This document shows, piece by piece, positions 44,601 through 54,800 of a stretch of DNA of 64,000 nucleotides. How positions within the stretch are numbered: the first letter of the stretch is position 1; the number at the start of each line of letters is the position of its first letter. The stretch comes from Paragordius varius (Eukaryota; Animalia; Nematomorpha): positions 434,001 to 498,000 of the forward strand of contig OZ176054.1 of the NCBI GenBank assembly GCA_964247055.1. Reading direction: 5' to 3'. The notes under the pieces were generated by a model, which was not told where the DNA came from, ran no database searches, and saw nothing but the letters and a program-made list of their open reading frames with translations. Both the position numbers and the translations under genes were made by a program.

Positions 44601-46816
44601 AATAAAATTAAATAAAATAAAATAAAATAAAATAAAATAAAATAAAATATAACTATATTTATATAAAATAAAATAAAATAAATTAAAATAAAATAAAATA
44701 AAATAAAATAAAATATAACTATATTTATTTAAAATAAAATAAAATAAAATAAAATAAAATAAAATAAAATAAAAATAAATAAAATAAAATAAAATAAAAT
44801 AAAATAAAATAAAATAAAATAAAATAAAATAAAATAAAAATAAAATAAAATAAAATAAAATAAAATAAAATAAAATAAAATAAAATAAAATAAAATAAAA
44901 TAAAATAAAATAAAATAAAATAAAATAAAATAAAATAAATTAAAATAAAATAAAATAAAATAAAATAAAATATAACTATATTTATATAAAATAAAATAAA
45001 ATAAATTAAAATAAAATAAAATAAAATAAAATATAACTATATTTATTTAAAATAAAATATAATAAAATAAAATAAAATAAAATAAAAATAAATTAAAATA
45101 AAATAAAATAAAATAAAATAAAATAAAATAAAATAAAATAAAATAAAATAAAATAAATTAAAATAAAATAAAATAAAATAAAATAAAATAAAATAAAATA
45201 AAATAAAATAAAATAAAATATAACTATATTTATATAAAATAAAATAAAATAAAATAAAATAAAATAAAATAAAAAAAATAAAATATAATAAAATAAAATA
45301 TAATAAAATAAAATAAAATAAAATAAAATAAAATAAAATAATATAAAATAAAATAAAATAAAATAAAATAAAATAAAATAAAATAAAATAAAATAAAATA
45401 AATTAAATTAAATAAAATAAAATAAAATAAAATAAAAAATAAAATAAAAATAAAATAAATTAAAATAAATAAAATAAAATAAAATAAAATAAAATAAAAT
45501 AAAATAAAATAAAATAAAATAAAATAAAATAAAATAAAATAATATAAAATAAAATAAAATAAAATAAAATAAAATAAAATAAAATAAAATAAAATAAAAT
45601 AAAATAAAATAAAATAAAATAAAATAAAATAAAATAAAATAAAATAAAATAAAATAAAATAAAAATAAAATAAAATAAAATAAAATAAATTAAAATAAAA
45701 TAAAATAAAATAAAATAAAATAAAATATAACTATATTTATATAAAATAAAATAAAATAAAATAAATTAAATTAAAATAAAATAAAATAAAATAAAATAAA
45801 TTAAAATAAAATAAAATAAAATAAAATAAAATAAAATAAAATAAAATATAACTATATTTATATAAAATAAAATAAAATAAAATAAAATAAATTAAAATAA
45901 AATAAAATAAAATAAAATAAAATAAAATAAAATAAAATAAAATTAAATAAATTATAACTATATTTATATAAAATAAAATAAAATAAAATAAAATAAAATA
46001 AAATAAAAAAAATAAAATATAATAAAATAAAATAAAATAAAATAAAATAAAATAAAATAAAACAAAATAAAATAAAATAAAATAAATTAAATAAAATAAA
46101 ATAAAATATAAAAAATAAAATAAAAATAAAATAAATTAAAATAAATTAAAATAAATAAAATAAAATAAAATAAAATAAAATAAAAATAAAATAAAATAAA
46201 ATAAAATAAAATAAATTAAAATAAAATAAAATAAAATAAAATATAACTATATTTATATAAAATAAAATAAAATAAAATAAAATAAAATAAAATAAAATAA
46301 AATAAATTAAATAAAATAAAATAAAATAAAATAAAATAAAAAATAAAATAAAAATAAAATAAATTAAAATAAATTAAAATAAATAAAATAAAATAAAATA
46401 AAATAAAATAAAAATAAAATAAAATAAAATAAAATAAATTAAAATAAAATAAAATAAAATAAAATATAACTATATTTATATAAAATAAAATAAAATAAAA
46501 TAAATTAAAATAAAATATAATTAATTAAAATAAAATAAAATAAAATAAAATAAAATAAAATAAAAAAATAAAATAAAATAAAATAAAATAAAATAAAAAT
46601 AAATTAAAATAAAATAAAATTAAATAAAATAAAATAAAATAAAATAAAATAAAATAAAATAAATTAAAATAAAATAAAATAAAATAAAATAAAATATAAT
46701 AAAATAAAATATAACTATATTTATATAAAATAAAATAAAATAAAATAAAATAAAATAAAATAAAAAAAAAAAATATAATAAAATAAAATAAAATAAAATA
46801 AAATAAAATAAAATAA
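38630..46816 (+). repeat. (AAAAT)n simple satellite with denser islands, block right of the gap
   Basis: Same pentamer and island, roughly 35 islands in 8.2 kb by hand count. Includes variants ACTATATTTATTTAAAAT, AAATTATAACT and TATAATTAATTAAAA not seen left of the gap. Confidence 0.98.
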
Positions 46817-47507
46817 GTTATATTTTATTTTATTTTATTTTATTTTATTTTATTTTATTTTTATTTTATTTTTATTTTATTTTATTTTATTTTATTTTAT
46901 TTTATTTTATTTTATTTTATTTTATTTTATTTTATTTTATTTTATTTTATTTTATTTTATTTTATTTTATTTTATTTTATTTTATTTTATTTTATTTTAT
47001 TTTATTTTATTTTATTTTATTTTATTTTAATTTATTTTATTTTATTTTATATAAATATAGTTATATTTTATTTTATTTTATTTTAATTTATTTTTATTTT
47101 ATTTTATTTTATTTTATTTTATTTTATTTTATTTTATTTTATTTTATTTTATTTTATTTTATTTTATTTTATTTTATTTTATTTTATTTTATTTTATTTT
47201 ATTTTAATTTATTTTAATTTATTTTATTTTATTTTACTTTATCTTATTTTATTTTATTTTATTTTATTTTATTTTCATTTATTTTTATTTTATATTATTT
47301 TATTTTATTTTATTTTATTTAGTTTTATTTTATTTTATTATATTTTATTTTATTTTATTTTATTTTATTTTATTTTATTTTATTTTATTTTATTTTATTT
47401 TATTTTATTTTATTTTATTTTATTTTATTTTATTTTATTTTATTTTATTTTATTTTATTTTATTTTATTTTATTTTATTTTATTTTATTTTATTTTATTT
47501 TATTTTA
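46817..47507 (-). repeat. Inverted (AAAAT)n segment, reading (TTTTA)n on the + strand, about 690 bp
   Basis: Abrupt switch at ...AAATAAAATAA/GTTATATTTTATTTT. Contains a full reverse-complement island (TTTTATATAAATATAGTTATATTTT, about 47045-47069) preceded by the reverse complement of its usual AAATTAAAA flank. Confidence 0.97.
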
Positions 47508-47518
47508 TAAACTTTGTC

Positions 47519-47635
47519 TGTAAAAATCGGATATTGGTCACCGGAGAACAAAATTATTTTTTATACATTCTCTTAGTAAGACTACATCAAAATATAGAGA
47601 TAGTTTGACAAACTCTTTCATATCCGATTTTTACA
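47519..47635. repeat. Inverted-repeat-bounded 117-bp core of a SatB monomer (first copy; present in every monomer)
   Basis: TGTAAAAATCGGATAT (47519-47534) and ATATCCGATTTTTACA (47620-47635) are perfect 16-bp reverse complements. The common CCTTAAAAATCGG variant keeps a 13-bp perfect inverted repeat. Confidence 0.9.
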
Positions 47636-48842
47636 ACGATACTTTAATTAATGTATTAAAATAGTCGCATCAATACTCAAGTTAAACTTTGTCCTTAAAA
47701 ATCGGATATTGGTCACCGGTGAACAAAATTATTTTTTATACATTCTCTTAGCAAGACTACATCAAAATATAGAGATAGTTTGGCAAACTCTTTCATCCGA
47801 TTTTTACAACGATACTTTAAAAATTAGTGTGTAAAACTAGTCGCATCAATACTCAAGTTAAACTTTGTCCTTAAAAATCGAATATTGGTCACCGGTGAAC
47901 AAAATTATTTTTTATACATTCTCTTAGTAAGACTACATCAAATTATAGAGATAGTTTGACAAACTCTATATCCGATTTTTACAACGATACTTTAAAAATT
48001 AATGTATAAAACTAGTCGCATCAATACTCAAGTTAAACTTTATCCTTAAAAATTGGATATTGGTCACCGGTGAACAAAATATTTTTTTATACATTCTCTT
48101 AGTAAGACTACATCAAAATATAGAGATAGTTTGACAAACTCTTTTATATCCGATTTTTACAACGATACTTTAAAAATTAATGTATTAAACTAGTCGCATC
48201 AATACTCAAGTTAAACTTTGTCTGTAAAAATCGGATATTGGTCACCGGAGAACAAAATTATTTTTTATACATTCTCTTAGCAAGACTACATCAAAATATA
48301 GAGATAGTTTGACAAACTCTTTCATATCCGATTTTTACAACGATACTTTAAAAATTAATGTATAAAACTAGTCGTATCAATAAATCGCATCAATACACAA
48401 GATAAACTTTGTCCTTAAAAATCGAATATTGGTCACCGGTGAACAAAATTATTTTTTATACATTCTCTTAGCAAGACTACATCAAAATATAGAGATAGTT
48501 TGACAAACTCTTTCATATCCGATTTTAACAACGATACTTTAAAAATTAATGTATAAAACTAGTCGTATCAATAAATCGCATCAATACTCAAGTTAAACTT
48601 TGTCCTTAAAAATCGGATATTGGTCACCTGTTAACAAAATTATTTTTTATACATTCTCTTAGTAGGACTACATCAAAATATAGAGATAGTTTGGCAAACT
48701 CTTTCATATGCGATTTTTACAACGATACTTTAAAAATTAATGTATTAAACTAGTCGCATCAATACTCAAGTTAAACTTTGTCTGTAAAAATCGGATATTG
48801 GTCACCGGAAAACAAAATTATTTTTTATACATTCTCTTAGAG

Positions 48843-51811
48843 AGACTACATCAAAATATAGAGATAGTTTGACAAACTCTTTCATATCCGATTTTTACAA
48901 GGATACTTTAAAAATTAATGTATAAAACTAGTCGTATCAATAAATCGCATCAATACTCAAGTTAAACTTTGTCCTTAAAAATCGGATATTGGTCACCGGT
49001 GAACAAAATAATTTTTTATACATTCTCTTAGTAAGACTACATCAAAATATAGAGATAGTTTGACAAACTCTTTCATATCCGATTTTTACAACGATTATTT
49101 AAAAATTATGGTATTAAATTAGTCGCATCAATACTCAAGTTAAACTTTGTCCTTAAAAATCGGATATTGGTCACCGGTGAACAAAATTATTTTTTATACA
49201 TTCTCTTAGTAAGACTACATCAAAATATAGAGATAGTTTGACAAACTCTTTCATATCCGATTTTTACAACGATACTTTAAAAATTAATGTATAAAACTAG
49301 TCGTATCAATAAATCGCATCAATACTCAAGATAAACTTTGTCCTTAAAAATCGAATATTGGTCACCGGTGAACAAAATTATTTTTTATACATTCTCTTAG
49401 CAAGACTCCATCAAAATATAGAGATAGTTTGACAAACTCTTTCATATCCGATTTTAACAACGATACTTTAAAAATTAATGTATAAAACTAGTCGTATCAA
49501 TAAATCGCATCAATACTCAAGTTAAACTTTGTCCTTAAAAATCGGATATTGGTCACCTGTTAACAAAATTATTTTTTATACATTCTCTTAGTAGGACTAC
49601 ATCAAAATATAGAGATAGTTTGGCAAACTCTTTCATATGCGATTTTTACAACGATACTTTAAAAATTAATGTATAAAACTAGTCGCATCAATACTCAAGT
49701 TAAACTTTGTCCTTAAAAATCGGATATTGGTCACCGGTGAACAAAATTATTTTTTATAAATTCTCTTAGCAAGACTACATCAAAATATAGAGATAGTTTG
49801 ACAAACTCTTTCATATCCGTTTTTACAACGATACTTTAAAAATTAATGTATAACACTAGTCGCATCAATACTCAAGTTAAACTTTGTCCTTAAAAATCGA
49901 ATATTGGTCACCGGTGAACAAAATAATTTTTTATACATTCTCTTAGTAGGACTACATAAAAATATAGAGATAGTTTGGCAAACTCTTTCATATCCGATTC
50001 TTACAACGATACTTTAAAAATTAATGTATAAAACTAGTCGCATCAATACTCAAGTTAAACTTTGTCCTTAAAAATCGGATATTGGTCACCGGTGAACAAA
50101 ATTATTTTTTATACATTCTCTTAGTAAGACTACATCAAAATATAGAAATAGTTAGACAAACTCTTTCATATCCGATGTTTACAACGATACTTTAAAAATT
50201 AAGTATTAAACTAGTCGCATCAATACTCAAGTTAAACTTTGTCCTTAAAAATCGGATATTGGTCACCGGTGAACAAAATTATTTTTTATAAATTCTCTTA
50301 GCAAGACTACATCAAAATATAGAGATAGTTTGACAAACTCTTTCATATCCGATTTTTACAAGGATACTTTAAAAATTAATGTATAAAACTAGTCGTATCA
50401 ATAAATCGCATCAATACTCAAGTTAAACTTTGTCCTTAAAAATCGGATATTGGTCACCGGTGAACAAAATAATTTTTTATACATTCTCTTAGTAAGACTA
50501 CATCAAAATATAGAGATAGTTTGACAAACTCTTTCATATCCGATTTTTACAACGATTATTTAAAAATTATGGTATTAAATTAGTCGCATCAATACTCAAG
50601 TTAAACTTTGTCCTTAAAAATCGGATATTGGTCACCGGTGAACAAAATTATTTTTTATACATTCTCTTAGTAAGACTACATCAAAATATAGAGATAGTTT
50701 GACAAACTCTTTCATATCCGATTTTTACAACGATACTTTAAAAATTAATGTATAAAACTAGTCGTATCAATAAATCGCATCAATACTCAAGATAAACTTT
50801 GTCCTTAAAAATCGAATATTGGTCACCGGTGAACAAAATTATTTTTTATACATTCTCTTAGCAAGACTCCATCAAAATATAGAGATAGTTTGACAAACTC
50901 TTTCATATCCGATTTTAACAACGATACTTTAAAAATTAATGTATAAAACTAGTCGTATCAATAAATCGCATCAATACTCAAGTTAAACTTTGTCCTTAAA
51001 AATCGGATATTGGTCACCTGTTAACAAAATTATTTTTTATACATTCTCTTAGTAGGACTACATCAAAATATAGAGATAGTTTGGCAAACTCTTTCATATG
51101 CGATTTTTACAACGATACTTTAAAAATTAATGTATAAAACTAGTCGCATCAATACTCAAGTTAAACTTTGTCCTTAAAAATCGGATATTGGTCACCGGTG
51201 AACAAAATTATTTTTTATAAATTCTCTTAGCAAGACTACATCAAAATATAGAGATAGTTTGACAAACTCTTTCATATCCGTTTTTACAACGATACTTTAA
51301 AAATTAATGTATAACACTAGTCGCATCAATACTCAAGTTAAACTTTGTCCTTAAAAATCGAATATTGGTCACCGGTGAACAAAATAATTTTTTATACATT
51401 CTCTTAGTAGGACTACATAAAAATATAGAGATAGTTTGGCAAACTCTTTCATATCCGATTCTTACAACGATACTTTAAAAATTAATGTATAAAACTAGTC
51501 GCATCAATACTCAAGTTAAACTTTGTCCTTAAAAATCGGATATTGGTCACCGGTGAACAAAATTATTTTTTATACATTCTCTTAGTAAGACTACATCAAA
51601 ATATAGAAATAGTTAGACAAACTCTTTCATATCCGATGTTTACAACGATACTTTAAAAATTAAGTATTAAACTAGTCGCATCAATACTCAAGTTAAACTT
51701 TGTCCTTAAAAATCGGATATTGGTCACCGGTGAACAAAATTATTTTTTATAAATTCTCTTAGCAAGACTACATCAAAATATAGAGATAGTTTGACAAACT
51801 CTTTCATATCC
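48843..51811. repeat. SatB 8-monomer tandem duplication, period 1461 bp
   Basis: GACTCCATC marker at 49408/50869. CACCTGTTAAC near 49555/51016. GACTACATAAAA near 49950/51411. Confidence 0.9.
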
Positions 51812-54800
51812 GTTTTTACAACGATACTTTAAAAATTAATGTATAAAACTAGTCGCATCAATACTCAAGTTAAATTTTGTCCTTAAAAATGGGATATTGG
51901 TCACCGGTGAACAAAACTATTTTTTATACATTCTCTTAGTAAGACTACATCAAAATATAGAGATAGTTTGACAAACTCTTTTATATCCGATTTTTACAAC
52001 GATACTTTAAAAATTAATGTGTTAAACTAGTCGCATCAATACTCAAGTTAAACTTTGTCTGTAAAAATCGGATATTGGTCACCGGAGAACAAAATTATTT
52101 TTTATACATTCTCTTAGTAACACTACATCAAAATATAGAGATAGTTTGACAAACTCTTTCATATCCGATTTTTACAACGATACTTTAAAAATTATGGTAT
52201 TAAACCAGTCGCATCAATACTCAAGTTAAACTTTGTCCTTAAAAATCGGATATTGGTCACCGGTGAACAAAATTATTTTTTATACATTCTCTTAGTAAGA
52301 ATACATCAAAATATAGAGATAGTTTTACAAACTCTTTCATATCCGATTTTTACAACGATACTTTATAAATTAATGTATAAAACTAGTCGTATCAATAAGT
52401 CGCATCAATACTCAAGTTAAACTTTGTCCTTAAAAATCGGATATTGGTCACCGGTGAACAAAATAATTTTTTATACATTCTCTTAGTAACACTACATCAA
52501 AATATAGAGATAGTTTGACAAACTCTTTCATATCCGATTTTTACAACGATACTTTAAAAATTATGGTATTAAACCAGTCGCATCAATACTCAAGTTAAAC
52601 TTTGTCCTTAAAAATCGGATATTGGTCACCGGTGAACAAAATTATTTTTTATACATTCTCTTAGTAAGAATACATCAAAATATAGAGATAGTTTGACAAA
52701 CTCTTTCATATACGATTTTTACAACGATACTTTAAAAATTAATGTATTAAACTAGTCGCATCCCATACTCAAGATAAACTTTGTCCTTAAAAATCGAATA
52801 TTGGTCACCGGTGAACAAAATTATTTTTTATACATTCTCTTAGTAAGATAACATCAAAATATAGAAATAGTTTGACAAACTCTTTCATATCCGATTTTTA
52901 CAACGATACTTTAAAAAATAATGTATAAAACTAGTCGTATCAATAAATCGCATCAATACTCAAGTTAAACTTTGTCCTTAAAAATCGGATATTGGTCACC
53001 GGTGAACAAAATTATTTTTTATACATTCTCTAATAGGACTACATCAAAATATAGAGATAGTTTGGCAAACTCTTTCATATCCGATTTTTACAACGATACT
53101 TTAAAAATTAATGTATAAAACTAGTCGCATCAATACTCAAGTTAAACTTTGTCCTTAAAAATCGAATATTGGTCACCGGTGAACAAAATTACTTTTTATA
53201 CATTCTCTTAGTTAGACTACATCAAAATATAGAGATAGTTTGACAAACTCTTTCATATCCGATTTTTACAACGATACTTTAGAAATTATGGTATTAAACT
53301 AGTCGCATCAACACTCAAGTCAAATTTTGTCCTTAAAAATGTGATATTGATCACCGGTGAACAAAACTATTTTTTATACATTCTCTCTGTAAGACTACAT
53401 CAAAATATAGAATTTGACCAACTCTTTCATATCCGATTTTTACAACGATACTTTAATTAATGTATTAAAATAGTCGCATCAATACTCAAGTTAAACTTTG
53501 TCCTTAAAAATCGGATATTGGTCACCGGTGAACAAAATAATTTTGTATACATTCTCTTAGTAGGACTACATCAAAATATAGAGATAGTTTGACAAACTCT
53601 TTTATATCCGATTTTTACAACGATACTTTAAAAATTAATGTATAAAAGTAGTCGCATCAATACACAAGTTAAACTTTGTCCTTAAAAATCGGATATTGGT
53701 CACCGGTGAACAAAATTATTTTTTATACATTCTCTTAGTAAGACTACATCAAAATATAGAGATAGTTTGACAAACTCTTTCATATCCGATTTTTACAACG
53801 ATACTTTAATTAATGTATTAAAATAGTCGCATCAATACTCAAGTTAAACTTTGTCCTTAAAAATCGAATATTGGTCACCGGTGAACAAAATTACTTTTTA
53901 TACATTCTCTTAATTAGACTACATCAAAATATAGAGATAGTTTGACAAACTCTTTAATATCCGATTTTTACAACGATACTTTAAAAATTAATGTGTTAAA
54001 CTAGTCGCATCAATACTCAAGTTAAACTTTGTCTGTAAAAATCGGATATTGGTCACCGGAGAACAAAATTATTTTTTATACATTCTCTTAGTAAGACTAC
54101 ATCAAAATATAGAGATAGTTTGACAAACTCTTTCATATCCGATTTTTACAACGATACTTTAAAAATTAATGTATAAAAGTAGTCGCATCAATACTCAAGT
54201 CAAATTTTGTCCTTAAAAATGTGATATTGATCACCGGTGAACAAAACTATTTTTTATACATTCTCTCTGTAAGACTACATCAAATATAGAAATAGTTTGA
54301 CAAACTCTTTCATATCCGATTTTTACAACGATACTTTAATTAATGTATTAAAATAGTCGCATCAATACTCAAGTTAAACTTTGTCCTTAAAAATCGGATA
54401 TTGGTCACCGGTGAACAAAATTATTTTTTATACATTCTCTTAGCAAGACTACATCAAATTATAGAGATAGTTTGACAAACTCTATATCCGATTTTTACAA
54501 CGATACTTTAAAAATTAATGTATAAAACTAGTCGCATCAATACTCAAGTTAAACTTTGTCTGTAAAAATCGGATATTGGTCACCGGAAAACAAAATTATT
54601 TTTTATACATTCTCTTAGAGAGACTACATCAAAATATAGAGATAGTTTGACAAACTCTTTCATATCCGATTTTTACAAGGATACTTTAAAAATTAATGTA
54701 TAAAACTAGTCGTATCAATAAATCGCATCAATACTCAAGTTAAACTTTGTCCTTAAAAATCGGATATTGGTCACCGGTGAACAAAATTATTTTTTATACA

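Noticed and set aside
32306-46816. Retrotransposon poly(A) tail or mitochondrial AT-rich control-region insertion
   Set aside because: No adjacent element body, TSD, tRNA or rRNA sequence, and the 15-kb length with higher-order structure fits a satellite.
32306-47507. Telomeric or interstitial telomeric repeat, or head-to-head telomere fusion
   Set aside because: There is no G-rich strand (no TTAGG or TTAGGG-type unit), and a fusion scar would not normally be centred on a truncated internal island.
47519-47635. Annotating the SatB core as a bona fide mobile element
   Set aside because: No TSD, no transposase and no dispersed copy is visible in this window, so it is kept only as an origin hypothesis.
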